A stretch of 64,000 bases of DNA from Terriglobia bacterium (GTDB lineage: Bacteria; Acidobacteriota; Terriglobia; 20CM-2-55-15): positions 320,001-384,000 of the forward strand of contig CBDAOY010000004.1 in the NCBI GenBank assembly GCA_965198225.1. The letters run 5' to 3'. Positions 39,178 to 50,700 of the stretch are shown here, piece after piece. Every line of letters starts with the position of its first letter. Position 1 is the first letter of the stretch. Below the pieces are notes generated by a model, which worked only from the letters and a program-made list of their open reading frames with translations, did not search any database and had not been told where the DNA came from. The position numbers were made by a program, and so were the translations under genes.

Positions 39178-42060
39178 ATGCCAATGAAGAAGACACGCGA
39201 AGTACGAGTTGGACTCGTCATGTATGGGGGTGTGTCGCTCGCGATTTACATCAACGGCGTGGCCCACGAATTCTTTCGACTGGTGCGGGGCCGTGGAGTG
39301 TACCGCCTGATCAAGGCGCTGACGTCATCTGACGCTGTCGTGGATATTGTCAGCGGGTCCTCGGCGGGCGGCATCAACGGCATCCTGCTCTCGTACGCGC
39401 TCTGCAACGGCCGCGAATTCTCGGCGTGCGCCAAGCTGTGGCGCGAGTCTGGCGACATCGCGAAGCTGTTGAGGAATCCGTCAAAGGACAAGAGCCAAAG
39501 CTCGGTTCTGGACGGCGACGGATACTACCAACGTGAGTTGGAGCAGGCTTTCGACGCGATGGAGAGAATCGACCGCACGGTTTCGGAGAAGGAAGACCCG
39601 TCCAGCATCGGGGAACTCGACCTGTTCGTGACCGGCACGGATCTGGCCGGCAACGTCTACACGCTGGTGGATGACGCCGGGCACATCATCGACGTCAAGG
39701 ATCACCGGGCGGTATTCATGCTCCAGCATCGGGAAGGCCGCAAGGAACACTTTAAGGAAAGTCCGACCACGAATGAAGCATTGGCCAGGTTGGCTCGGAT
39801 AACGTCGTGTTTTCCGGCGGCTTTTCCACCGGTCGAGGTCCAGGCTCGCGATGAGCTCTACGGCGATTTCGCGGCCCTCGATGCCGATGCCCGCATTCAG
39901 CTCTGGGGACAATTGCAGGGGACAAGGATCTTCGTCGACGGGGGAGTGCTCGACAACAAACCGTTCACCCAGACGATCGAGGCGATCTTCTTCCGCACGG
40001 CGAATCGCGCGGTCGATCGCAAGCTCTTCTACGTCGAACCTGATCCGGAACGGTTCGAGCAGACCCTTGAAGCGCCGAAGCTGAACTTCCTCAAACCAGT
40101 TGTCGACTCGCTGGTGGGCATTCCGGGATACGAGAGCATCGCGGATGATCTGCGGCTCCTGCAGGAACGCAACTCGGGAATCCGACGGTTCAAGGCACTG
40201 GCCCACGAAGCGCGAGACAATCTGGCCGACGTCGGGGGAAGGCATGCGATGGCATCGGCAGGAATACCGCAGGACCTGAAGCAACCGCTGCTGAGCATCT
40301 ACGAAAGAAGCCGGCTCAACTCGATCAACGAACGGGCGATAGAACTCTTGCTGCGGGGCCAGAAGGGGCGCACGCTCTCGCCCGCCGAACGCAAGGCCGT
40401 GTCCTCGCTGGCCAAGGTACTCGCGGACTTGCCGGAGGCATCGGACATCTTCGAAGCCTTCGACTTGGATTTCAGACTCCGGCGTCTCTTTCAGTCGATC
40501 TACACCGTTTTTGAAGACCCCAAGCTCCGGGACGCAGGACTCGGGTTGCTCGAAGCACTGAACCGACAGCTGCACCTTCTCAAGATGCTGCAATGGGCAG
40601 CGCAAGGGGCAGTCGAGCACGTCAGCGAGAAATGGTATGCAACACTCGGTACGGCCGTTGATCCGAAACGACACGCCGAAGAGACCTGGACTCTGATTCG
40701 TAAGGCCCTCCAACACGTTTTGAACGGAAAGGGGGTCGAGGACGTGTTACCGGAAGATCTGGTCGACAAGGCCGATTCAAAGTCGGACGAATGGCTTCCT
40801 GAACAGACGCTGAAGAAGCTTCGAAACACTCTACTCAAAAGACTTGGCAACCTCGATGCCGTACTCGAGGCGGAATCCTGGGAGGAATTCGAGAGTCTTC
40901 TTCAAAGAACCGATGGCTACGAGCGGGGACTCTGGACTCGCTTGAGGCCAGCAGAAGACAGTGCCCTTTCGAAACAGTACAAGGGACTCACCGAAGAGTA
41001 TGAACGGTTCGCCTATCTGGATGCGTACCTTTTCCCGATGGAGTTCGCATCCGGGGTTCGGGAGAAAGACATCATCGAAACTGTGCGCATCAGTCCTGTG
41101 GACGCCCAAGCTCGATTCAGTCACCGCGAGGCCGGGGAAAAGATTTCGGGAGACGCGCTGGCCCATTTCGGGGGCTTTTTCAAGAAGGCTTGGCGGTCGA
41201 ACGATATCTTGTGGGGACGCCTGGATGCTCTGTGCGAACTGACCGAACAGCTGCTCACCACCGACAGAATCCGTGAGGTGGTTCACAACGACGAGTTGAG
41301 GAAGGAACTACGATCCGAGTTCGGCCAAGACCGTGTCGCCTATGTGGAGATGATCTTCCCCTCACTGGAGGGCGGATCGAAACAACGAATCGCCGATTGG
41401 CTTGGTGATCTAGCATCTGACGATAGCGCGAAGCGCGAGGAGGCCGCGGCAGACGTTGAGAACATGCGCGGCCTGTTCATCGAATGCGGCCAGCACGAGG
41501 TGCTCTCGACCGATCTCGAGAAAGTGTGGCTGGACGATGCCCGGGAAAGGTTCGACTGGAAGAAGCCGGGACACGAGCTTGAAGGGGGCCTAGTCGCGCT
41601 GGGAAAAACGATTGACAAGATCCAACAGGCCAACGAGACGGTTGCTTACGAGCGCCCGATGAAGAGCGTCCTGGGCCGGTACTTTACCGACGAGTACAAG
41701 GTCGGAAGTGAAGACCTCTTCGGCTCCGTCCACCGTCTGGTGCTGCTGGAAACGGCCGCCAGGGCCGGACTCGTGCTCGAGCACTGCCTCGCAAGCATGC
41801 TGCCATCGGAGGTCCTGACTTACAGGACGGTGCTCAGGTTGCCGTTAAAAGTGCTCTACAACTTGATCGGTTTTCTCCGTCGCAGCGGACGTTTCGGGGC
41901 AGCGCTCTTCGGCTTAGGGCTGGTGGGTGTCGTGCTGCCCATCGTGTTCTGGTGGTTTGCCAACGCCGACTGGCGAATTGCGGGCCCGGTGGCGGCGGTC
42001 TCGCTGATCCTGTTGCTGCTGCTTGGCATTCTGGGAAGACTGAAGAACAGGGAGGCGTAA
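39178..42060 (+). CDS. Patatin-like phospholipase with DUF3376 and C-terminal TM anchors
   Basis: GGVSLAIY, GSSAGG and DGGVLDNKPF. DUF3376 motif LAHFGGFFKKAWRSNDILWGRLD. Confidence 0.9.
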   Translation: MPMKKTREVRVGLVMYGGVSLAIYINGVAHEFFRLVRGRGVYRLIKALTSSDAVVDIVSGSSAGGINGILLSYALCNGREFSACAKLWRESGDIAKLLRNPSKDKSQSSVLDGDGYYQRELEQAFDAMERIDRTVSEKEDPSSIGELDLFVTGTDLAGNVYTLVDDAGHIIDVKDHRAVFMLQHREGRKEHFKESPTTNEALARLARITSCFPAAFPPVEVQARDELYGDFAALDADARIQLWGQLQGTRIFVDGGVLDNKPFTQTIEAIFFRTANRAVDRKLFYVEPDPERFEQTLEAPKLNFLKPVVDSLVGIPGYESIADDLRLLQERNSGIRRFKALAHEARDNLADVGGRHAMASAGIPQDLKQPLLSIYERSRLNSINERAIELLLRGQKGRTLSPAERKAVSSLAKVLADLPEASDIFEAFDLDFRLRRLFQSIYTVFEDPKLRDAGLGLLEALNRQLHLLKMLQWAAQGAVEHVSEKWYATLGTAVDPKRHAEETWTLIRKALQHVLNGKGVEDVLPEDLVDKADSKSDEWLPEQTLKKLRNTLLKRLGNLDAVLEAESWEEFESLLQRTDGYERGLWTRLRPAEDSALSKQYKGLTEEYERFAYLDAYLFPMEFASGVREKDIIETVRISPVDAQARFSHREAGEKISGDALAHFGGFFKKAWRSNDILWGRLDALCELTEQLLTTDRIREVVHNDELRKELRSEFGQDRVAYVEMIFPSLEGGSKQRIADWLGDLASDDSAKREEAAADVENMRGLFIECGQHEVLSTDLEKVWLDDARERFDWKKPGHELEGGLVALGKTIDKIQQANETVAYERPMKSVLGRYFTDEYKVGSEDLFGSVHRLVLLETAARAGLVLEHCLASMLPSEVLTYRTVLRLPLKVLYNLIGFLRRSGRFGAALFGLGLVGVVLPIVFWWFANADWRIAGPVAAVSLILLLLLGILGRLKNREA

Positions 42061-42374
42061 CCGATCCCGGGAGCAGGGGCCTAGCGATGAACCGCTCAAA
42101 AAGCGCATCGTCTTAATTCACGGCCTGGCTTCCCAATGTTCAATCTGTTCGAGGTCGTCAGCCACAGTGGGAACAGCGGGCGGGAGAAGCGGAACCCTCA
42201 GTCGCTACCTGGTGCAACCGCGGTTGGGCAACTGGTTCGAGGGCTTCCTCTTTCGAAGCTCGATGTTTAGCATCCGGCGCGCATCCTCAGTGCCGGTCAC
42301 CCCTTTGGCGAGGATTAATCGGATCGGGACAAGCAAGCGCTATCAGCGCAGGCGTAACGGGAGGAGAGAAGCTC

Positions 42375-43229
42375 ATGCACACAGGTATTCGAGTCACATC
42401 TTGCGGGTTGACGATCCTGTTGGCCCTGATTGGGTGCGCACAGCAACTGAAGATTGAGTTCGCGCCTTACGGTGGGGGATCTCAAACCGAGCCCGACTTC
42501 GCCAACTTGGAGCGAGAATACCCGCTCGGAGATAGCGAAGAAGCGCGCGCGGAACTCGCGAAAATCACCCCGAACTATCTTTCCAATCTGGAGCAAGCTC
42601 AGGTGGATCAGATCTACGCCCGCCTCACCGCCGGTCCTCTACCGGACGGTCCTTTCGATGGCGAAATGTTCTTCCCGAAGGGAAGGAGTGGCAAGGCCCA
42701 GATCTCCGAGGTGGTGGGCGGTGGACTTCCCGGGCTGGCGGCCGACCTCAGAGCAAAGACATTGGAAGCTATCGGTGAGGGTCTCTGGAAAGGGAAGGTG
42801 TTCTACCGGGATGATATGGTTGTGCGCAATCGTATCCAAGACCTGCTAATCCTCCGACCGATGTTTGAAGGCGGTCTCGGCGACGTTCCCACCGTCTCCG
42901 TCAATGGGCGTGAACAGTGGCTTCTGTTCCCGGCGAAACTCTACTGCGGAGAGAGCCTGCTCGACCCTCGCCGGGAATCCATCATTGTTGACTATGCGTT
43001 CGCTGATGAGATCGAAGGGTATCGAGAGCGTCCCGATGCTCTGACCGGACGCCTCAAAGTCAGAGACGAGATACGGATGGTCCGTCCTGGCTTCTACCTG
43101 GGACGCGCTTATATGGACAGGAACTTCGCCGTGAATTTCACGCTCTACAACACAGCCATCGCCGAGCAGGGGAGGGAAACGTTCATCACCAGTGGTGCGG
43201 TCGCAGAGGACTGCCGGACGGGGACCTAA
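42375..43229 (+). CDS. Hypothetical lipoprotein
   Basis: Lipobox LIGC and QIYARLTAGP..WKGKVF..LFPAKLYCG.SLLD..DEIRMVRPGFYLGRAY. Confidence 0.7.
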   Translation: MHTGIRVTSCGLTILLALIGCAQQLKIEFAPYGGGSQTEPDFANLEREYPLGDSEEARAELAKITPNYLSNLEQAQVDQIYARLTAGPLPDGPFDGEMFFPKGRSGKAQISEVVGGGLPGLAADLRAKTLEAIGEGLWKGKVFYRDDMVVRNRIQDLLILRPMFEGGLGDVPTVSVNGREQWLLFPAKLYCGESLLDPRRESIIVDYAFADEIEGYRERPDALTGRLKVRDEIRMVRPGFYLGRAYMDRNFAVNFTLYNTAIAEQGRETFITSGAVAEDCRTGT

Positions 43230-43609
43230 TGTAGGGGAAGTTCGCCGCCTGCCTGACCGGTGGAGGTGAACCCTCACGAAGTCTTTTGAGAAAAGTTCCC
43301 AGTTCGCCCGGCTGCCTCCAGCTCTGTCGCACCATTCGACTTCCTCGTCCGGACCGGTTCGCGCCTCGTCATGCCGCTGACGGATGGCCAAGAACATATT
43401 CGGTCGAGCTTCGAGACCCCGCACCCGGAAGACGGCAGCACGTATCGCCCCACCCGGCATTCGGTTGACCGTCCACCGGATCTATGCGAGCCTGCGCCAT
43501 CTTCCATTCATGCTCAGGGCTACCGACATCAGTCGGGAGCTTTCTGAGGCGCTCCGAACTAGCGCAGGCCAAGGTGCGCGGCGAAAACGCCCGACCGCTT
43601 GGTCGGAAG

Positions 43610-43987
43610 ATGACGTGGTTTGTCATCGCCCTGGCCGTAGTGCTTGCAACCACGTCGGTCGTGGCGATAAGCGGAACACCAGCAACCCTCGCGGGTCTCT
43701 TTGTCGTTGAAATCTCCGGTGGAGACTTTGTGGATGCGGAACTGGCTAGTATGAACCTTCGAAATGCCAACGCGACTGCCGCCCGCTTCAACCAGGCGGA
43801 CTTGAGAGGCGCGAATCTCAGCTTTGCCGATCTGACATTCGCGGATCTCACCCTGGCTCACCTCGAAGCGACAGACCTGAGCCTGGCCGTCGGTTTGACC
43901 CGCTCGCAGGCAGACTCCGCGATTACCGACGAAGACACAATCCTACCGGAGCTTGAGGAAGTGTCCGCAGCCACTCCCGGTGGGTGA
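43610..43987 (+). CDS. Exported pentapeptide-repeat protein
   Basis: ADLRG ANLSF ADLTF ADLTL repeats after a hydrophobic N-terminus. Start uncertain. Confidence 0.7.
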   Translation: MTWFVIALAVVLATTSVVAISGTPATLAGLFVVEISGGDFVDAELASMNLRNANATAARFNQADLRGANLSFADLTFADLTLAHLEATDLSLAVGLTRSQADSAITDEDTILPELEEVSAATPGG

Positions 43988-44145
43988 GTTTCTCTCGACG
44001 CTCGCTACCAAGAAATCGGTTGTTGAGATTGAGCTATGAACAAGGGTTTGGATCGCGGCCGGTGGTCTTGTGCGGTCGTAGACCATCCTTGGCCAAAACA
44101 GTTCCAGCGGAGTGAGTCTTGATGAAGCCCAAGTCCAAACGGAGG

Positions 44146-44212
44146 TGTAGGTGCGGTCTATGACCGCACACGTTTCGAACCGAAACACGTGCGCTCATAG
44201 AGCGCACCTACA
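44146..44212. repeat. GTAG-type REP doublet
   Basis: TGTAGGTGCGGTCTATGACCGCAC ... GTGCGCTCATAGAGCGCACCTACA. A degenerate half-copy lies near 44070. Confidence 0.85.
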
Positions 44213-44382
44213 CCCGATCCTAGAGTTCGCTTGTCTTCGGCGCCGAGACCTCTCTGGGGACTTGACGCTTCACCTACCGATTTCGAACGGGATTATCCGT
44301 CTCTGAGGGGTTCCCTTCAGATGTCTTGGACACTGATGGTCGTAAACCGCACCTATACCTGATTGGCATTCCGCAGGAAGAA

Positions 44383-45285
44383 CTAGGGAATCGCGTCCAG
44401 CCGCCTCATCGTCTCGTCTGCCGCGGCGATGAGTCCGGCGTTCCAGTAGAGCCAGGCCAGCCTGCCGAGGATTCGTTTGTCGGACGCATCACCGGAGAGC
44501 AACCCGCGGAGTTCGCCGGCGGATTGGGCGTAGTAACCGGAACTCTCCAGCTCCATCGCGCGAAGGAGACGGGCCGCGTTGTCCGTAGCTGAATCCGAAC
44601 TCAGGGTTGAGCCCGGCTCGACCTGAAAGAGCGCGTTCTGAAAGCCGGTCGTTCTGCTGCCGGCCTGTCCCCGCAGTTCCCAGAGATAGCTGCCTTCGGC
44701 CAACTCGGGAAGAGTCGAAGGGTAGGCTGCACTCAGCTCCGTCGTTTTGTGCTCCCAGAGGATCTTACCGGCGATGTCGCTCAGGGTCAGTTCGTAGGTC
44801 TCGGTGTCCTCGGCCACGGCCCAGCTGAAACGCGGTCGTACATCCGACACCCGGCCGCCCAGGTAGAGCGGGATTGGAGGATACCCGCGCACGCGCATGC
44901 CGCCGACACGTTCCAGACTCTCGGCTCCGAGCGCCACCTGAGGAAGGAAACAACCTCCTGCCTGTTGCATGCTCGTCGGGTCTCCCTCGACAAACGTGAC
45001 CTCGTCTGCGCCAAGAGCGGCGACGGTGCCGCCAGCCAGCGTGATCGTCTGCTCCGACGGGCAATAAACCAGCGTGGCCTGGCCCGAGCCCGTGATCACG
45101 CGGTCCCCGCCGAAGAGGAGATCCCCAAGCTGAACGGGCGTCCGCTCGCCGTTACGTTCGACTTCGACCCCGCCGTCTACCCCCAGCACCATTCCAACGG
45201 GCGTGCTGTCCGACTGAGTCGCAAACAATGCCGCGGGCTGGAGCAGGAAAACAAAAGTGACGATGACGATTCGTGGAGACATCAT
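44383..45285 (-). CDS. Exported protein with a FecR-like N-terminal segment and DUF928-like C-terminus
   Basis: Signal peptide, GMVLGVDGGVEV..GDLLFGGDRVITG, RPRFSW..YP..PEL.EG.YLWEL and a helical tail. Divergent from the CHAT gene. Confidence 0.55.
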   Translation of the reverse strand: MMSPRIVIVTFVFLLQPAALFATQSDSTPVGMVLGVDGGVEVERNGERTPVQLGDLLFGGDRVITGSGQATLVYCPSEQTITLAGGTVAALGADEVTFVEGDPTSMQQAGGCFLPQVALGAESLERVGGMRVRGYPPIPLYLGGRVSDVRPRFSWAVAEDTETYELTLSDIAGKILWEHKTTELSAAYPSTLPELAEGSYLWELRGQAGSRTTGFQNALFQVEPGSTLSSDSATDNAARLLRAMELESSGYYAQSAGELRGLLSGDASDKRILGRLAWLYWNAGLIAAADETMRRLDAIP

Positions 45286-45391
45286 TCACCCATTCTCCAT
45301 TTGAGACACGACGAGGTCCAGTAACTTATCGTTTCTTTAGACTGTGGCAACGCTGCTACGATTGAGCAAGTTGACACGGAAACAACAGACT

Positions 45392-47710
45392 ATGGATGCC
45401 AGAGCGAATTACCGTCGTGCGTTCGTTGCCGCTCTCTTGTGCCTCGTGAGCCAGGGCTCACTCTCCGCAGCGCAGGTTTCTTCCCCTCAAGACACCGTGG
45501 CGGCCGCCGAGCGGGCGTACTGGCGCGGTGCTTTCGATGAGGCTATCGAGGGTTGGCTGAAAGCGGCGCAGGAGTTCGAACTGGCGGGCCGACTCCCTGA
45601 ACAGGTCGACGCGCTTGTTCACGTTGCCGAAACCTACCAGAATATCGGCCTCTTCACCGAAGCGCTCGACGCACTGGAATCGGCCCGCGCCTTGAATCGA
45701 GAAGCCTCAAACCCGGCCCAGGCGAGGATACTCGGAACCGAGGGCAGCATCTTCCTCGCACTGCGTTCGAATCAACTTGCCGGCGACGCTTTGACGCGGG
45801 CGCTCGAAATCGCCACCCGACTCGGGGATGACCGGCTTTCTGCGTTCATCGGGAACAACCGCGGCAAGTTGTTTGCCGCCCGCGGCGAATACGACCTTGC
45901 GATCGCTTCCCACAGGGACAGTGCCCGCCTCGCCGCCGATAACGCGATGCCGGCGCTGGCGGCTCGTGCTCTGAGCAATGCCGCGACCCTTTTCTGCCAG
46001 ACCGGGCAGTATGACGAGTGCGCGGAACTTCAGCGAGAAGGTCTGGAAGTGGCGGCTTCACTCGACAACTCGCATGACAAGGCTCACTTGCTCGTGACGC
46101 TCGGGCTGAACCACGGGCCGCTCGTCGAACAGTTTCCGGACCGCTACAGCGAGCTGATGCTCCGCGCCTACGACGCCTTCAACCAGGCGTCGGAGTCGGC
46201 CGAAGCGATCGGTGACCTTCGCGTTCGATCGTTCGCCGGCGGGAGCCTTGGTCGCCTTTACGAGACGGAGAACCGACATGCCGAGGCACTCGAACTGACA
46301 CGGCGCGCCCTGTCCGACGCGCAGCAGGTCGATGCTCCCGAGTCGCTCTACCGCTGGCAATGGCAGGCCGGCCGACTACTCCGCGCTCTGGGAAACCCCG
46401 ACGAAGCCATCGAAGCCTACCGGTCTTCAATCGCGACGCTTCAGAGCATTCGGCAGGAGGCGCCCGAAGCCTATGCCACCACGGCCACCTCCTTCAGGGA
46501 ATCGGCCGGCCGGGCCTACTTCGAGATGATCGACCTGCTCCTGGAGCGTGCGTCTTCCGCTGAGCGGGCGTCATCCGCTACCGAGTCCGAAGATGCCCTG
46601 CAATACCTGAACGAGGCCCGCGAGACGGTGGAGCTCTTCAAGCTTGCCGAACTGAGAGACTACTTCCGAGACGACTGTGTCGACACATACATGGCTCGGG
46701 AGACCGGGCTGGACGAGGTCTCTCCGGATGCGGCAATCATCTATCCGATACTCCTCCCGGACCGTCTGGAACTCTTGGTGGGGATCGGCTCGAGGCTGAG
46801 CCGAGTGACGGTGCCCGTTCGCGAAGAAGCCCTCACGAACCTGGTCCGTATCTTTCGGCTCCTTCTGGAAGGTCGGACGCCGAATGCCTATCTCGCTCCG
46901 GCCCAGCAGCTTTATGAATGGCTAATCCGCCCGCTCGAGCCCCAATTGGAGTCGTCCGGAGTCGAGACCCTCGTGTTCGTCCCCGATGGACCCTTAAGGA
47001 CGATACCGATGGCGGCCCTTCACGACGGGTCGGATTTCGTGATCGCGAAGTACGCAGTGGCGGTGACGCCGAGTCTGAGCCTGTCGGACCCCCGCCCGTT
47101 GGAGCGCGAGAACATCTCGGTTCTGACCGTCGGTTTGACTGAAGCAGTGCAGAACTTCGCCGCGTTGCCGAGTGTCGCCGCCGAGGCGCAGGCGATTTCG
47201 GAACTCTACCCGGGTGCTTCGCTGCTCGATGAACGCTTCGTGGTCGACAACGTGGAGAGCGAACTGACGGAAACGGAGTTCAGTATCGTCCACGTCGCCT
47301 CCCATGCTGCGTTTGCCAGCAACCCGGAGGACTCGTTCCTGCTGACCTACGACGATCGGTTCACGCTCGACGATCTGGGAGATCTCATCGGGCGGTTTCG
47401 CCTGCGCGAGAACCCGATCGAACTGCTGACGCTGAGCGCCTGCGAATCGGCATCGGGCGACGATCGCGCCGCCCTGGGCCTGGCTGGTGTCGCCGTGAAG
47501 GCGGGCGCCAAGAGTGCGCTGGCCACGTTGTGGCAGATCAGCGACGAGGCGACATCCGAACTCATCGGGCGTTTCTACGGCGAACTCCGGAACACGTCCT
47601 TGACCAAGGCGAAGGCACTGCAGCAGGCGCAGTTGGAACTGGTGTCCGACCCGAGATACGAGCATCCGTTCTACTGGTCGCCCTTCATCCTTATTAATAA
47701 CTGGTTGTGA
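45392..47710 (+). CDS. Exported TPR-CHAT (caspase-fold) protease
   Basis: Signal-like N-terminus, TPR repeats, FVPDGPL..PMAAL, catalytic HVASH and LSACES, ATLWQISD, and HPFYWSPF. Confidence 0.9.
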   Translation: MDARANYRRAFVAALLCLVSQGSLSAAQVSSPQDTVAAAERAYWRGAFDEAIEGWLKAAQEFELAGRLPEQVDALVHVAETYQNIGLFTEALDALESARALNREASNPAQARILGTEGSIFLALRSNQLAGDALTRALEIATRLGDDRLSAFIGNNRGKLFAARGEYDLAIASHRDSARLAADNAMPALAARALSNAATLFCQTGQYDECAELQREGLEVAASLDNSHDKAHLLVTLGLNHGPLVEQFPDRYSELMLRAYDAFNQASESAEAIGDLRVRSFAGGSLGRLYETENRHAEALELTRRALSDAQQVDAPESLYRWQWQAGRLLRALGNPDEAIEAYRSSIATLQSIRQEAPEAYATTATSFRESAGRAYFEMIDLLLERASSAERASSATESEDALQYLNEARETVELFKLAELRDYFRDDCVDTYMARETGLDEVSPDAAIIYPILLPDRLELLVGIGSRLSRVTVPVREEALTNLVRIFRLLLEGRTPNAYLAPAQQLYEWLIRPLEPQLESSGVETLVFVPDGPLRTIPMAALHDGSDFVIAKYAVAVTPSLSLSDPRPLERENISVLTVGLTEAVQNFAALPSVAAEAQAISELYPGASLLDERFVVDNVESELTETEFSIVHVASHAAFASNPEDSFLLTYDDRFTLDDLGDLIGRFRLRENPIELLTLSACESASGDDRAALGLAGVAVKAGAKSALATLWQISDEATSELIGRFYGELRNTSLTKAKALQQAQLELVSDPRYEHPFYWSPFILINNWL

Positions 47711-47719
47711 ACTGAGCTG

Positions 47720-50700
47720 ATGATCGCCCGCACCCGAATCCGCTTTTCGCTCTGCACCATTTCGCTGGCCGCGCTCGTCTTGACGGCCGTAGGCGCGGTT
47801 CAGGCCCAGAATGTCGTCCTCGACCCAACTCTCGGCAACCCGACGAGCCTCGGAAACGGCCCGACGTACAGCATCACCGAAGCCATGGGCCGGACAATCG
47901 GCAACAACCTGTTCCACAGTTTTTCGCGGTTCTCGCTGCTCGGCGGCGAGACGGCCGAGTTCACTACTGCGAGCGCCATCCAGAACATCCTGGCCCGCAT
48001 TACCGGCGCCGAGGTGTCCACGATCGACGGTACCATTCGATCGCCGGCGAACCTGTTCTTCTTCAACCCGAATGGCGTCGTGTTCAACTCCGGCGCGACC
48101 CTCGACATCGATGGGTCGTTCCATGCGAGCACCGCCGACTACCTGAGGATGGGTGCGACCGCCTTCTACGTGGATGAGTCCCAAGCCACCGCGGACCTGC
48201 CGAGCGTGTTATCGATCGATCCCGGCGTGCTGCTGGATCCGCCCGACGCCTTCGGATTCTCGTCTGCAACCCCGGCCCCAATCACGGTCAACGGCTCGAC
48301 TCTGACAATGGCGGAGGGCGGCAGGATTGGTCTGGTGGGCGGAGACATCACGTTTGTTGGAGGAGCCCTGAGGGCCGACGGTGGTCGCATCGACGTTGCG
48401 GGCGTCGGAGTCGCTGGAGAAGTCATCCTGACCGAGCAAGGTGTGGACACCAGCTCGTTTTCGTTGTCCGGTCTCGGCAAGCTCCGGTTGAGCGGCGACG
48501 CGACGATGGACGTCAGCGAGGCTTTCTCCGCACCGAACGGAGCGGGTCGGCTGATCATCCGGGCCGGCCGTCTGGAGATGGATTCCTCCATCCTGCGAGC
48601 CAACACAACCTTCAGCGGCGGGGGTGTCATCGACATCGATGTTACCGGCACCATCGTCCTGTCGAATGGCGCCGCCATCGCGACCTGGACCCTTGGAGAC
48701 GGCGCCGCCGCACCGATCCGGATCGTTGCGGACGACGTGGTAATTCGCGGCGGCAGCGAGATCCGATCGCTGTCAACCGGTGCCGGTCGGGCCGGCAACA
48801 TCACCCTCGATGCCTTCCGCTCGATCCTGATGTCCGACCCTGACAGTACCAGTCCGTTCGGTAACGGGGTCGAGAGTAATGTGTTCCTCGCGGAGGGCGG
48901 TGGCGGGGATATCACGATCACGGCTCCCAAGATCACGATCGAACAAAGCCACATCAGCGCCGACGTGCGGAACACCGTCCTGGTAGAAACCGCCACGAGC
49001 GGCCGGCCGGGCAGCATCCGAATCCAGACCAATGAACTGGTGATGAGCGGGGGCTCCACGATCCAGAACGACGTGCGAAACTCGGGTTCTGAGCCGAGTG
49101 CTTCAGATACACCGGAGATCCGGGTGCAGCCTCTCGACGTCCTCTCCCACTCCGAGATTCGGCTGACGGGGCCGGGGACGAAGATTCAGAGCCGCGCCAG
49201 CGACAGCAGTCAGGACAGCTCGAACATCTGGCTCGAGGCGAACCGGATCCGGTTGTCCGGTGTCTCCGGCGTCGATACGACGGTGTCGAGTGGCTCCGCA
49301 TCGGCCGGCCGGATCGACGTCATCGCGGATCGACTGACGCTGGAGGGGGGGAGTTTCATCGACAGCGAATCCCTGTCAGCGGCGACCGGGGACGCCGGCA
49401 CGATCGCGGTTCGCGCGAGCGAATCCGTGACCCTGCGTGGGAGCGAAGGCGACGTCCGAAGCCAGATTTCCAGCACGACCCGGGGCGGGGGGAACGGCGG
49501 TCAGGTCTCGGTGGCCGTCAACAACCTTGATCGAACCGGCGCCCTCGTCATTACCGACGACGCCGTCGTCCAGTCGAATAACCGATCGTCCATCGACGTC
49601 GTGCGCGGCGGAGATGTCCGCATCGATGCCGACGTCGTGCTGGTTGACACCGGTGGTTCCGTCGAAAGCGTCGCGGGTACCGGCAGCAGGGGAGACGCCG
49701 GGAACGTCACGATCGGTGCCACGGAGTCGATTACCCTCCGCGGCACGAACGCGGACCTGTTCCCGAGCTTCGTGTCCACCTCGACCTTCGGTGCAGGCCC
49801 GGGAGGGACCGTCCGGCTTTCCGCTCCCAGCATCGTGGTCGCAGACGGTGCTGTCGTCGACTCGTTGACCACAGGTTCGGGAAGTGGTGGGACCGTCCGG
49901 ATCGGTCGGGACGCGGACCTTCCGATCGATACGGCGGAACTCTCAGTTCAGAGGGAAGGAAGAATTGTCGTCGACAGCCGGGGCTTCGGCGACGGCGCCG
50001 GCCGGGCAGGGTCCATCTCGGTGGACGTTGCTCGTCTCGTCCTCGATCGAGGCGGTCAGATCACCGCCACGACGTCCGACGGGGAGGGAGGCACGATCAC
50101 GATTCGCGCGAGCGAGTCTGTTTCGCTGGAAGACCTGGGAACTGCCTCGCTCGACACCGTCATCTCTACCGCGACGTTCGGCGCGGGCGAAGGCGGCCGG
50201 GTTTCGGTAAACGCGACCAACGGTGACGGTACGGGAACGGTTCTGATAGACGGCGCAGCAGTCGAATCGAACAATTTTTCGGATTTCGGCGTCCCGGACG
50301 GCGGCGATGTCCGCATCGATGCGGATATCGTGCGGATCAAAAACGGCGGTTCCGTCGCGAGCGCCGCCGCCAACGGCGTCCTGGGCGGCGCCGGTAACGT
50401 CACGATCGGTGCGACCTCGCTGTTGTCCGTTCGCGGCTTCAACGCGGATGGAGTCCGGAGTCGTATTACGACGGCCACGGGCGGCGCTGGCTCGGCAGGC
50501 GAACTTCGCGTGTCGGCGGACCGGATCGTCGTTGCCGATGGAGCCCGGATCGACTCGCTGACCAACAACACGGGCAGTGGAGGAACCATCCGGATCGGAC
50601 GGGCGCCTGATCTTCCGATCAACACACGGGAACTCGTCGTTCAGAATTCCGCGGGGATCTCCGCCAGCAGTTCGGCAATCGGTGAAGACGCCGGACGGGC

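Noticed and set aside
42090-42140. KRIVLIHGL hydrolase-like peptide after the patatin gene
   Set aside because: Too short, with no start codon or downstream hydrolase motifs.
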